A DNA stretch of 64,000 nt from an uncultured Planctomycetaceae bacterium (GTDB lineage Bacteria > Planctomycetota > Planctomycetia > Isosphaerales > Isosphaeraceae). The notes beneath the pieces were generated by a model, which was not told where the DNA came from, searched no databases, and saw only the letters and a program-made list of their open reading frames with translations. A program made the position numbers and the translations under genes. Every line of letters begins with the position of its first letter. The stretch's first letter is position 1. Location of the stretch: the NCBI GenBank assembly GCA_963833985.1, contig CAWIAD010000002.1:32001-96000 (forward strand), in the 5' to 3' direction. Positions 29,231-39,673 of the stretch are shown here, piece by piece.

Positions 29231-31008
29231 CGTACGACCTCCAGCTCCGGAGCGGCCAGGCCATGCGCCTTGCCCACCTGGACCTCGGCATCGTCGGCCT
29301 GCCAGGTCACAAGCGCGGTTCGAGGACTCCACTCCTCGGTGACTTCGCGGATGAAAGCACGCTCGTGGAGCTTGCGGGACCTCAGGACCGGATCGGTGAC
29401 GGGTAAGGAACTCAAGCTCTGATTGATGACCCAGGCAAAGGGTGTGATGCCTGCCCGCAGGAGATCACGCTGAAGCGAGGCCGCTTCGTGCACCGGCGTT
29501 GCTTCGGGCAACGTCACGATCAGGATCCTGGTGAAGTCGCGGTCGCGGAGGCGGGGCAGGAGCTCACGGACCGACTCGGGCGTATCGCTCAGGTTGCGAA
29601 GCACGTCACGGTGATACGCCTCGGTCGCATCGAGCAAGAGGAGCGTGTGTCCGGTCGGAGCCGTGTCGAGCACGACGAAGTTCGCCTTGCCCTGGTCGAC
29701 CGTGCGGGCGAACGCGCGAAAGACCGCGATCTCCTCGGTGCAGGGAGAGCGGAGGTCTTCCTCGAGCAGGGCCTTGCCTTGCTCGTCGAGGTCCTTGCCC
29801 GCCATGGCCATGACTTCTGCCGTGTACTCGGCGGTTTCCCTGGCCGGGTCGATGCGGCTCACGGTGAGGTTCGGCACACGAGAGCCGAGCGTCAAGTCGA
29901 GATGCGCCGCAGGGTCCGTGGTCGAAAGGTGCACCGCATGGCCAAGGCGAGCGAGGGCCACGGCCAGGCGGGTCGCAACGGTCGTCTTCCCGACCCCTCC
30001 CTTACCCATGGTGAAGATGACACCGTGCCCGTGGCGGGTGAGCTCCGGGATGAGCCTATCGAGTGGCAACGCGGCTTCGTCCGGACTTCCGTCCGCCTCT
30101 GCGGTCGGCACGTCATTGCGCACCGACGACGGGTCATTGAGGGCCCGTACTGCCGCAACGCCCACAAGGCCGAAGGGGAGGAGCGGCACATCAGTCCGGG
30201 GTAGCGAAGCAAGACTATCGGGCAGTTCATCGAGCGCCGCCTTGCCGCGGGCTTCCAGCGCGTCGGCGGTCGAGTCGCCCTTGACGCTCGATGCGAAGAT
30301 GCCGTTCAGGACGAGCTGCTGGTTCTTGATGCCGAGTTCCGCGAGCTCACGGCTGGAGCGTTGCGCTTCGCGGAGGGCCGACTTCTCGGGGCGGCTAACG
30401 AGGACCAGCGTTGTCGTGTTGCCGTCGGAGAGGGCCTTCAACGCCGCTTCGTAGAGCGCGCGCTGAGCCGTGAGGCCCGAGAGCGGGCCCAGGCAGGAGT
30501 TGCCCCCGACGTTCGTCTCGAAAAACGACGTCCACGCTGCGGGCAGTTGCAGCAGCCTGAGCGTGTGCCCGGTCGGAGCCGTGTCGAAGAGGACGTGGTC
30601 GAACTCGGCGGTCGCCACGGCATCGCCCAGGAGCTTTGAAAACTCATCGAATGCCGCGATCTCCGTGGTGCAGGCCCCGGAGAACTGCTCCTCCATGCTC
30701 CTGACGGAGGCTTCGGGGAGAATCCCCCGGTAGGGACCCACCATTCGCTCGCGGTAGGCCTGGGCGGCGGCCTCGGGGTCGACGTTCATGGCGAAGAGGT
30801 TTGCTACGGCCGGAACCGGCGCCGGTGTCATTCCCAGCTCGATCCCGAACACCTCGCCCAGGTTCGAGGCCGGGTCGGTGCTCACCAGGAGCACCCGCTT
30901 ACCGGTATCGGCGAGACCGACGGCTGTGGCGCTGGCGACCGAGGTCTTGCCAACGCCGCCCTTGCCCGTGAAGAAGAGATTTCTGGTGAGACGACCTGGA
31001 ATGACCAT
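29227..31008 (-). CDS. arsA: Arsenical pump-driving ATPase
   Basis: Two GKGGVGKT P-loops, two DTAPTGHT motifs, metalloid-site Cys in GACT, SCLGP and SPCT. Confidence 0.97.
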   Translation of the reverse strand: MVIPGRLTRNLFFTGKGGVGKTSVASATAVGLADTGKRVLLVSTDPASNLGEVFGIELGMTPAPVPAVANLFAMNVDPEAAAQAYRERMVGPYRGILPEASVRSMEEQFSGACTTEIAAFDEFSKLLGDAVATAEFDHVLFDTAPTGHTLRLLQLPAAWTSFFETNVGGNSCLGPLSGLTAQRALYEAALKALSDGNTTTLVLVSRPEKSALREAQRSSRELAELGIKNQQLVLNGIFASSVKGDSTADALEARGKAALDELPDSLASLPRTDVPLLPFGLVGVAAVRALNDPSSVRNDVPTAEADGSPDEAALPLDRLIPELTRHGHGVIFTMGKGGVGKTTVATRLAVALARLGHAVHLSTTDPAAHLDLTLGSRVPNLTVSRIDPARETAEYTAEVMAMAGKDLDEQGKALLEEDLRSPCTEEIAVFRAFARTVDQGKANFVVLDTAPTGHTLLLLDATEAYHRDVLRNLSDTPESVRELLPRLRDRDFTRILIVTLPEATPVHEAASLQRDLLRAGITPFAWVINQSLSSLPVTDPVLRSRKLHERAFIREVTEEWSPRTALVTWQADDAEVQVGKAHGLAAPELEVVR

Positions 31009-31023
31009 CGCTAACACCTCCCC

Positions 31024-31434
31024 TCAACAGCACCTGCACGAAGTATTCGGGCCGCCGACGACGTCCGCCACGTTCGGGTTTGAGCAGCACGAGGAGGCCA
31101 CTTCCGTCGGCTTCTCGCTCTGATGCTCGACCTGGAGGCCGACCAGGCGGGCCAGCTCCGTGCGGGTGGGGTAGCTGCCGAGCGAGGCTACCTGGCCGTC
31201 AACGACGACAAGCGGCAGGCAATCGTTGCCCTGCGCGCGAAGGGCCGCAGTCACCACCGCGTTGGTGGCGAAGGCCTGGGGCTGCTGGGCGAGGTTGTAG
31301 CGCTCCACATCGACCCCCTGACGCTTGAGCCAGTCGAGGTCGGCGGCAATCCGCGGCAAGACCGGGTCGATCACCGGGCCGCAGACGCCGGTGGAGCAGC
31401 ACATCGGGGGATCATAAAGGGCGAGTCTCGGCAT
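31024..31434 (-). CDS. arsD: Arsenite metallochaperone
   Basis: YDPPMCCSTGVCGP, RYNLAQQPQAF, YPTR.EL, Cys-rich tail. Confidence 0.96.
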   Translation of the reverse strand: MPRLALYDPPMCCSTGVCGPVIDPVLPRIAADLDWLKRQGVDVERYNLAQQPQAFATNAVVTAALRAQGNDCLPLVVVDGQVASLGSYPTRTELARLVGLQVEHQSEKPTEVASSCCSNPNVADVVGGPNTSCRCC

Positions 31435-31455
31435 GATCGGCTTCTCCTTTTTCGT

Positions 31456-31475
31456 CTATCGGCGATAACCGATAG
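31456..31475. promoter_or_regulatory. Putative second ArsR operator upstream of arsD
   Basis: Perfect 7-6-7 inverted repeat CTATCGG-CGATAA-CCGATAG; shares the ATCG-N8-CGAT core with the site upstream of arsR. Confidence 0.6.
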
Positions 31476-31503
31476 CTCTGGGTAAAAAAACGCCTCCGGC
31501 ATC

Positions 31504-31839
31504 TCAGAGACCGGAGACGAGCTCCTTGAACCGTTCGAGCACCTTCGGCTCGACGCAGTAACAGACGCGCGGTCCGTCGATGGTGCCGCGAATGAGCCCG
31601 GACTCCTTGAGCATCTTCAAGTGTTGCGAGACGGTCGATTGGGCCAACGGCAGGTGCTCGACGATGTCGCCGCACATGCACGAGTCCCGAGAGAGGAGGT
31701 AACGGACGATCTGTACCCTTGCCGGGTGGCCCAAAGCCTTGGCGAGCGTGGCGAGCTCCACTCCTGAATCCCGAGCCTCTTCAGCCGGGATGGCCGAGAC
31801 CTTTCGCGTTTTCACCTCGGAGCAGCACTTGTCGTCCAC
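31504..31839 (-). CDS. arsR: ArsR/SmtB arsenic-responsive repressor
   Basis: [42 protein letters not shown] before GTG at 31839. Confidence 0.93.
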   Translation of the reverse strand: MDDKCCSEVKTRKVSAIPAEEARDSGVELATLAKALGHPARVQIVRYLLSRDSCMCGDIVEHLPLAQSTVSQHLKMLKESGLIRGTIDGPRVCYCVEPKVLERFKELVSGL

Positions 31840-31858
31840 GAGTACCTCCCACAATATA

Positions 31859-31898
31859 ATCGTAAAACGACGATAAACGATTTACCAAATCCTGTCAA
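31859..31898 (-). promoter_or_regulatory. Sigma70-type ars promoter with overlapping operator
   Basis: Minus strand TTGACA (31898-31893), 17 bp, TATCGT (31875-31870); inverted repeat ATCGT-N6-ACGAT (31859-31874) overlaps the -10. Confidence 0.75.
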
Positions 31899-32387
31899 GA
31901 GTGGACCGTTTTTCTGGGAAAAGGCAAAGGGCCCAGCGCACATCCTGGACAACGCCTGAAAGATTTGGGGGTTCACGCATTGTGTCACGAAAGAGCACCG
32001 CTTCGGCCGGGTGATCGACCAGAACCGGTGGAACCGGGCGACGCACGCATCGACCGATCGCTTCCAGTACGGCCATGACCGGAGCGGCGACGCAACGTTC
32101 CTTTTCCATCTCCCCCCGTGTCCCAGTCGAGAGTTTTCACCAACTTCCGGCGCGAACGGGTTCCTTTCGGCAACTAGTGACTTAGAAGACGAGCGCTCGG
32201 GTCGAACCGAGCTGAGGCATCGTCCGCATCTGGCTGAATCGGTCGCGAATCCGCGTTCTTTCAATGCGCCAATCGAGGGCACATTCCGGCTGAAGCACGG
32301 ACTGCCGTGAGGCACGAAGTCGTGCGGATGAAACGGCCGCCCAGCGTACCTCATCCATCTTTACCTGTTCTGGGGAGTCTCACGCCC

Positions 32388-33666
32388 ATGCGAGCACATC
32401 GTCGGAGCGTCGAAGACATTGAGAGCGTCTATGCACACGCGCTGGCTGCGCGGCATGATCGACGCTGTCCGGTTCGCATCTCGATCGTGGGTCCGGAGCT
32501 GATCGTGCTGGTGGCCCTGCTGGTGATTGGCGGCCTGGTGGCAGGGATCTTTCAAGACGGGCGTCCGTTACGCCATTCCGCCGGCAGCAGCCTGCGCGGA
32601 CATGACAAGTTCGTCGGGACGCTCTGCTATGGAGCCGATGGCCGAACCCTGCTGACATCCGGGTGGGACAGGCAGGTGAGAATATGGAAGGTCGACGAGG
32701 TACAGTCCGATGGGGCGACAGAGATCCAGTCATTGCCCCATGATTGGCACGTCTACTCAATTGCCGTGTCCCCTGATGGCAAGTACCTGGCTGCCGGCGG
32801 CGTGGGGGGCTTCAGCATCTGGTCGTGGCGGGACGGCCTCGAATGGCGGAGAGTCAAGGATCAGAAAGGCGTTTCGTGTCGCATGCTGACCATCTCGCCG
32901 GACGGACGGACCCTCGCTCTGGCGTGCACCGATCTGACGATCCGGCTCTGGGACCTGGCCGCCATGGCGGAACTGCGGAAGCTGCGCGATGTCAGCGGCG
33001 AGCTGCGGAGCATCGCTTTCTCGCCGGAGGGTGCGCTGCTTGCGGCCTCCACGTTCAGCGGCAACCTGCGCATCTGGGACCTTGCCGCCATGAATCCGGA
33101 GCCGATCGCGAGCCGAATTCCCGGTTCGGTCCGCTCGTTCGCGTTCGTGCCCGGATCCCGTAGCCTGGCAATCGCCGACTCGGGATGCGAGGGGAACTGC
33201 GCTGTCCATCTGGGACGTCGATGGCGCCGGGCCGCGATCCAGGATCGCTGGCGGTCGCGCGGAAAACGCGGCACTGGCGGTCTCGCCCGACGGCAAGACC
33301 CTCGCTGCCGCGGATCAGGACAAGACCATCTGGTTATGGGATCTGGCGACCTGGCAGCTCAAAGGCTCGTTCCATGAGGGTGTGGGCTGGGTCCGGACAC
33401 TGGTGTTTTCTCCGGATGGCCGGCAGCTCGCCTTCGTGGGCCAGAGCGGTCACGTTCAGTTCCGTGGGCTGGACCTTAACGGCCGACCTCTCGAGAACGA
33501 GCTCCACATGACCGCGTTGTGCCGCCCCGCGGAGGCCCAGCCGGAAGGCGACGCACGTGGCAAGAATACTCGGAATGCGGTCAAAGCATCGAACCGGACC
33601 GATCGGAGAGCTCAACAGGATGAGCCATCACCACGAGCCGCGCCTGGAGCCGACCATGTTGCTTGA
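32388..33666 (+). CDS. WD40-repeat protein with N-terminal TM, frameshift at ~33200
   Basis: Repeats SPDGKYLA, SPDGRTLA..IRLWDL, FSPEG; shifted frame continues LSIWDV..SPDGKTLAAADQDKTIWLWDL. Confidence 0.82.
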
Positions 33667-34243
33667 CCGTGCCCGCGCAGGGGACGGACTGGCACTCGGC
33701 CAGTTGCTGGAGCGCTACCGGAACTATCTCTCTCTGCTCGCCCGGGTTCAGATGAGTCGACGCATCCAGGCAAAAGTCGACGTCGCGGACGTGGTCCAGG
33801 AGACGTTCCTCGAAGTCAATCGCGCCCTGGGACAGTTCCAGGGAGATTCCGAGGGGCAGTTCCTGGCGTGGCTCCGGAAGATCCTGGCGGGGACGCTGGG
33901 CAACCAGGTGCGTCGTTACCTGGGGGCCAGATGCCGGGACGTCCGGCTGGAACGCGAGCTGGAGAACGATCTCGATCGCTCGTCCGCGTCGCTGGGCGTG
34001 CAACTGGTCGCCTCCCAGAGCTCACCGAGCGCCCAGGCCTCACGCAGGGAACAGGCCGTGATGCTGGCCGATGCGCTGGATGAACTTCCTGAGGCTTATC
34101 GAGAAGTGATCATCTTGCGACACCTGGAAGGACTCAGCTTTCCCGAGGTGGCGCGGCGAATGGGCCGGACCGAGGACAGCGTCAAGAACATCTGGCTGAG
34201 GGCCCTGGCACGCTTGCGCAGCGCGCTCGTACACTTGCGATGA
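33620..34243 (+). CDS. ECF sigma-70 factor, planctomycete-specific subfamily (TIGR02984-like)
   Basis: LLERYRNYLSLLARVQ, DVVQETFL, SPSAQASRRE, YREVIILRHLEGL. Confidence 0.92.
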   Translation: MSHHHEPRLEPTMLLDRARAGDGLALGQLLERYRNYLSLLARVQMSRRIQAKVDVADVVQETFLEVNRALGQFQGDSEGQFLAWLRKILAGTLGNQVRRYLGARCRDVRLERELENDLDRSSASLGVQLVASQSSPSAQASRREQAVMLADALDELPEAYREVIILRHLEGLSFPEVARRMGRTEDSVKNIWLRALARLRSALVHLR

Positions 34244-34297
34244 AGTGGGAAACCAACCTGCCGCGAGTCTCATTCCGGCCGGTGGGGGAATATAATC

Positions 34298-37051
34298 GTG
34301 TTCAACACACAGAGAGCCTTGCAGTCCGATCCGGGGAATTCTCTCGAGCCGGTTTCGAGCGATGCCGGATCGTCGCACGAGCCGGACGTCGCTCTCGACA
34401 GACTGACCGGAGACGACTCCCGCGTCGTCGCCGCTCTGGAAGGGTACCTCGAGGACCTTGGGGCCGGCCGCTCCCGGTCCAGGGAGGATTTCCTGGCCCA
34501 GCACGCCGATCTCGCCGATGTCCTCGGTCAGTGCCTGCTGGCGGTGGACTTCATCCAGGGAGCGGCAGCCCAGTTGAACAGCCCGTCCGCGGTCTCGGCC
34601 GAAGACCCGAGCGGATTGGCGACGCGCCACGAACGGCTGGGAGACTACCGCATTCTCCGGGAAGTCGGCCGGGGAGGAATGGGAGTCGTTTACGAGGCAC
34701 AGCAGATCTCACTGGGACGCCGCGTCGCCCTGAAGGTGCTGCCATTCGCCGCAGCCACCGACCCCAGGCAGCGGCAACGTTTCCAGATTGAAGCCCAGGC
34801 GGCGGCGCAACTGCACCACCCGCACATCGTGCCCATCTTCAGCGTCGGTTGCGACCAGGGAATTCACTACTACGCCATGCAGTTTGTCGAGGGCTGTAGC
34901 CTGGCCGCCATCATCCAGGCGCTCCGCGAGGGCAACAAACCCCTTCTCTGGATGGGCAGCCCTGCCGGCGCGGGTTCGCTGGAGTCAACCGTGGACTTCC
35001 GTTCCTCGCCGGCAGCCAACAGCACCGCACGGCCGGCTCCCATGGCCACCGCCTTCCACCATCCGGCCGTAACGCCCACGCCGATCGGGCCCTCACATGA
35101 GGACGCTCTGTTTTGTCGCCACGTCGCCACGCTCGGAACTGAGGCAGCCGACGCGCTCGACCATGCCCACGGCCTGGGAATCCTCCATCGCGACATCAAG
35201 CCCGCCAACCTCCTGATCGATCCGCATGGTGCACTCTGGGTCACGGATTTCGGCCTGGCGCGGCTTCCCAGCGATCTCAGCCTGACGCGTACCGGCGACA
35301 GGATCGGCACCCTCCGCTACGCGAGCCCCGAGCAAGCGCTGGCGCGACGCGGGGTTGTTGACCAGCGTACCGACATTTATTCGCTGGGGGTGACGCTCTA
35401 CGAACTGTTGACGCTTCGGCCCGCCTTCGACGGATCGGACCACCAGGAGCTGCTCCGCCAGATCGCACTCGACGAGCCCCCTGCCCGCGCCGCATCAACC
35501 CGGCGATTCCCCGCGACCTGGAAACGATTATCCTCAAGGCAATGGCCAAGGATGCGTCGAACCGCTATCCCACGGGGCAGGAGCTGGCCGCCGACCTGCG
35601 GCGGTTCCTGGAGGACCGGCCCGTTCTGGCGCGTCGGCCGCGATTGCCGGAACGCACCATCCGCTGGGCCCGCCGCCACAGGGAGCTGGTCGCCACGGCC
35701 TCCGCGATCCTCGTCCTGGCCTTGACCGTCAGTACGGCCGCGATCTGGGTTCAGGCACGCAAGACCGAGGCCCAGGCCCACGAGACGGAACGGGCCAACC
35801 AGAGACGCATCGCGTTTGTGATCGACAGCTACTCCTTGCTCCACCAGGTTGGCACCGGCGCGATCATGGTGGCCAGCGCCCAGCTCATCCCGGGCAGGGT
35901 TGGTTCGGCACGCGAGGAAGCGACGCAGACACTGGAACGGTGGCTGCGCTTCTTCCAGCAGGCAATCGAGCTGCCTCCCAACGATCGGGCGTCGCGCACC
36001 GTCATCGCTCGGGCCTACTCCCGATTGGGATACACGCACTGGATGCTGAGCTATGCCAGGGGAACCGGGCGAGGCCTCGAGCCCCGGCTTCTTGCCCAGG
36101 CTCTGGACGACTATCGCCGATCCGTCAAGCTGCTGGAAGAACTGCTGGCCGAATCGCCCGGCGACCCGGAGGTCCGGCGCTACCTCGCCGAGGCCCTGGG
36201 ACTGGGGAACATGGGCTGTTGCCTGCGTAGTGCGTTCAGAACCCAGGAAGCCGAACTCTTCTACCGCCGCGCGATCCAGGTCAGGCATGAGTTGCTGCGG
36301 GGCGCCTGCTCAAGCGGCGTCGAAAAAGACCGCACACGGGAGGAGACCCTACCGGAGCTCGATGACCTGCTCTACCTGGTCAGCACGGTCCATCTCATGG
36401 CGAGGATCCTGGAGGGCAGGGGCCTGGTCGCCGAGGCCGAGGCCCTGCGCCGACAGCTCGAGGAAGACGTTGTCGCTGTCACCGCACGGTTGTCGGATCG
36501 TGAATTCCAGGACCGCAGGCAGATGTGGGCGGCGCGGCTTTCAGCCGGGCAGCTTCCCCTCTTCGACGCCAGCCAGAGGCGGGATGCGATGATCAATCAA
36601 CGCCTGGCGCTGCTACTCGACCCCGAAAACCCCGCAGCCCTCAACAACCTTGCCTGGACCTTGGCCTGTATGCCCGGCGAACCGTGGTTCGACCCCCAGA
36701 AGGGACTTGCCCTGGCCCGCAAGGCGGTCGCGATCGAGCCGAATGAATGGAGTTACCTGAATACGCTGGGTGTGGCGGCGTTCCGTGCCCATGACTGGGA
36801 TACCGCCGCCCGGGTCTTCCATCAGTCGACCACCTTCACCGGAGGCGGGGCCTATGACTTTTTCTTCCTGGCGATGACTTACTGGCACCAGGGAAGCAAG
36901 CAAGAGGCTCGAAGAAATGTACGACCGAGCGGTCGCCTGGATGGAGAAGCACAAGCCGGACGATCCCGAGCTTCGCAAGTTTCGCGCCGAAGCAGCCGCC
37001 TTGCTCGGACGGCCCGCTGCCCCAGACCGCACCCCCAAACGAACCGGGTGA
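34298..37051 (+). CDS. Ser/Thr kinase with C-terminal TPRs, frameshifts at ~35480 and ~36912
   Basis: GRGGMG, VALK, HRDIKPAN, DFG; resumes PRRINPAIPRDLETII; TPR NNLAW/NTLGVA; final frame YDRAVAWMEKHKPDDPELRKFRAEAAALLG. Confidence 0.85.
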
Positions 37052-37270
37052 TCCAGCGGAGTACCCTGGTCCGCCGCCCAGGGTGCTTCGTAAAGACGCG
37101 CGGGGCTCACTTCCTCAGTCCTTGCGATCTGCCCGCCGCCGGAGAAAAAAACTCCCTCTGACCCCCATTTTACCACGGGACAATGTAGAGTTGAGGTTGT
37201 CTCTTGAACTGAGCGAGACTTGCATGCTTGGTATTGCAAGAAAGCGAGCGGAGTTGTGGCGACTGTGGAA

Positions 37271-37921
37271 ATGGGTCGGAAGAATGGCAAGTCAGCCGCG
37301 CATCGTGAGCCATACCTGCTGACGGATCATCCGGACGTTGAGATCATTCCCCAGGTGCCCCGCCTCGCGCTTGCGAGAGCTGAGATCCTCGCCGATGTGA
37401 GCCAGGCAGCCGTGTGCCGGCGGCTCTCCCGGGCACTGGTCGGAACGGCGTGCATCAATCTGATGGCCATGGCGCTCTGCCAGTGGATCTATGTCCCCGA
37501 CGGTCGGGCGGACTATCGCCATCCGCTGCTCTGGGTCGTCGATGTCGCGGCGGTGCTGGGATGCCTGAGGCTGACCCTGGGGCCCGGCTGGGCCAGGTCC
37601 TCGCCGGCCATCAGCCTGATCACCAAGCTCTGGACCACGTTCCTGATCCTGTCGTTCAGCGTGGTGACTCTCAATGCCTTCACGGGGTATGAGCTGGCGT
37701 GGTACAAACCGGTCTGGGCGACGTTGAGCACCTTCCTGTTCGCGTCGCTGGCCTGGATCTTCTCGCCCTGGCTCTTCATTCCGGCCGTGCAGATGTGGGC
37801 GACCGGATTGCTCATGGTGAACTTCACTCACTGGGCGTTTCTGATCTACGGCGTCTCCTGGTGGCTGGCGCTCGTAGGGGTGGTCGTGGTGAAGGAAACG
37901 GTCTTCAGACCGAGGCCGTGA
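37271..37921 (+). CDS. Hypothetical integral membrane protein
   Basis: About 6 hydrophobic segments, GC-rich third positions. Confidence 0.7.
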   Translation: MGRKNGKSAAHREPYLLTDHPDVEIIPQVPRLALARAEILADVSQAAVCRRLSRALVGTACINLMAMALCQWIYVPDGRADYRHPLLWVVDVAAVLGCLRLTLGPGWARSSPAISLITKLWTTFLILSFSVVTLNAFTGYELAWYKPVWATLSTFLFASLAWIFSPWLFIPAVQMWATGLLMVNFTHWAFLIYGVSWWLALVGVVVVKETVFRPRP

Positions 37922-39635
37922 CCACGGTTGCCTGCAACTGGGCCTGCGCGGCCTGGTCGGTCCACCACTGTTCCGCCTTCTCGTCGTCCCACTCGGGAGC
38001 GGCCGCACAGGCCGCCAGGGCCGAGGCCAGGGAGCGGGCGTCCGGATAGCGGTCGGCGGGCGCCTTGGCCAGGCACCTGAGGACCACGGCCTCCAGGTCG
38101 GCCGGGATTCCCGGCTGATGGTGCGAGGGCGGCACCACCGGGTCACGCGCGTGGGCGATCATCAGCTCGGTGGGGTTATTTCCCTCGAATGGGGGCCGTC
38201 CGGTGAGCATGTAGTAAACAATGGCGCCCAGTGAGTAGATGTCGGCGCGGCCGTCGAGAGTTCGTGCGGCCGTCGCTTGCTCGGGCGACATGTACTGCGG
38301 CGTACCGCTGACGGTGTAGTCGGCTGTCAACTGCGGCGCGTCGGGGTGGGTGGTCAGCTTCACCAGTCCGAAGTCGAGCACCTTGGCGACGTCGCACTTG
38401 CCGCCCAGGATCGCCACCACGATGTTCGCGGGCTTGAGATCGCGGTGCACCAGGCCGTAGCGGTGCGCCTCGGCGAGCGCCCCGCAAACCTGCCTCGTGA
38501 GGAAGATGGCACGGCCGGCCGCCATGGGACCGGTCTGGCGCACGAGTTCCGCCACGGTCATCCCGGGCAAGTACTCCATCACGTAATAGAACGTGCCGTC
38601 GTCGGTGTGCCCGTAGTCGAAGATCTCGATCGTGTTGGGATGAGACAGCAGCGCCGCGGACTGGACCTCGCGTTCGAACCGGGCCAGAGCGATCGGGTTG
38701 GTGTTCACGTCCGGCTTGATCAGCTTCAAGGCGCAGGGACGCTTGAGGAGCTGATGCTCGGCCAGGTAAACCTCGCCCATGCCACCCTCTCCCAGCTTCT
38801 CGCCGAGCTGGTACTGCCCCAGCTTCCTGGCTTCGTGCAGATCATGGCGGAGGTGGTTCAGAACGTAGGAGCAGTAGATCGCCAGCCCCGCGCTCACCAG
38901 GATGAAGAGCATGTTCCCGAGGGCAAGCTGGCGGATCTCCAGCTCGTCGGTCAGCAGGGTCGATCCGGAAGCCTTGGCGCTCAGGAGGGCCAGCACCAGC
39001 AGCGGGCCCATCGCCATCGTCAGCACCATGCTGGCCGTGTTCCTGGGCTCGTTGGGAATGAACACGCCGTAGAGGATTGTCAGCACCAGGAAGTTGAGCA
39101 GGCCGTTCTTCTCGAGGGCGACGAGGCTGATCTGATCTCCCTGCCGGATCAGCTCCGAACCGGCCACGTACTGTGTTGCCACCGTGGCCAGGACCAGGAG
39201 CCCGAAGAAGCCATACTCGATGGCGCGGAGCTGTGCCAGGCTGAGCAGAACGGGCGATGCCAGCAGCGCGGCGACCGCGATGCACAGCGACATTCGCAAG
39301 CCCAGAAAAATGCGAAGCTGCCCGTGCGTGGAAGTTGGCATCACCACACCGAGCAGAAAGAACAGCCCGTAGGCGACGGCCAGAAACAGCGCCGCGGCTT
39401 TGAGGCGGCTGCGCAGCAGATCTCCCGTCTCGGCCGTCAGGCTGGGCATCGAGCCGGTGGCCAGCGCCATGTGGAACGATTGCGAGGCCGGGCCATCGAT
39501 TGGCGGGGCCATGATCGTCGGCTCGAGCTCGATCTCGCCTTCATCATCGGGCCGGCCTCCCGGACCGGAGAGCCGGTTGTCTGTGTGCGACATCACGTAG
39601 TTCCTGGCGGAATCAAATTCGGACTGTCTCATCAA
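37905..39635 (-). CDS. Ser/Thr kinase with N-terminal multi-pass membrane domain
   Basis: About 6 TMs, then GEGGMG, ALK, HRDLKPAN, DFG, GTPQYMSPEQ. Confidence 0.93.
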   Translation of the reverse strand: MMRQSEFDSARNYVMSHTDNRLSGPGGRPDDEGEIELEPTIMAPPIDGPASQSFHMALATGSMPSLTAETGDLLRSRLKAAALFLAVAYGLFFLLGVVMPTSTHGQLRIFLGLRMSLCIAVAALLASPVLLSLAQLRAIEYGFFGLLVLATVATQYVAGSELIRQGDQISLVALEKNGLLNFLVLTILYGVFIPNEPRNTASMVLTMAMGPLLVLALLSAKASGSTLLTDELEIRQLALGNMLFILVSAGLAIYCSYVLNHLRHDLHEARKLGQYQLGEKLGEGGMGEVYLAEHQLLKRPCALKLIKPDVNTNPIALARFEREVQSAALLSHPNTIEIFDYGHTDDGTFYYVMEYLPGMTVAELVRQTGPMAAGRAIFLTRQVCGALAEAHRYGLVHRDLKPANIVVAILGGKCDVAKVLDFGLVKLTTHPDAPQLTADYTVSGTPQYMSPEQATAARTLDGRADIYSLGAIVYYMLTGRPPFEGNNPTELMIAHARDPVVPPSHHQPGIPADLEAVVLRCLAKAPADRYPDARSLASALAACAAAPEWDDEKAEQWWTDQAAQAQLQATVVTASV

Positions 39636-39673
39636 TCCAGCTTGGTGGCGTCCTTCACTTCTTTCTCGAGCGC

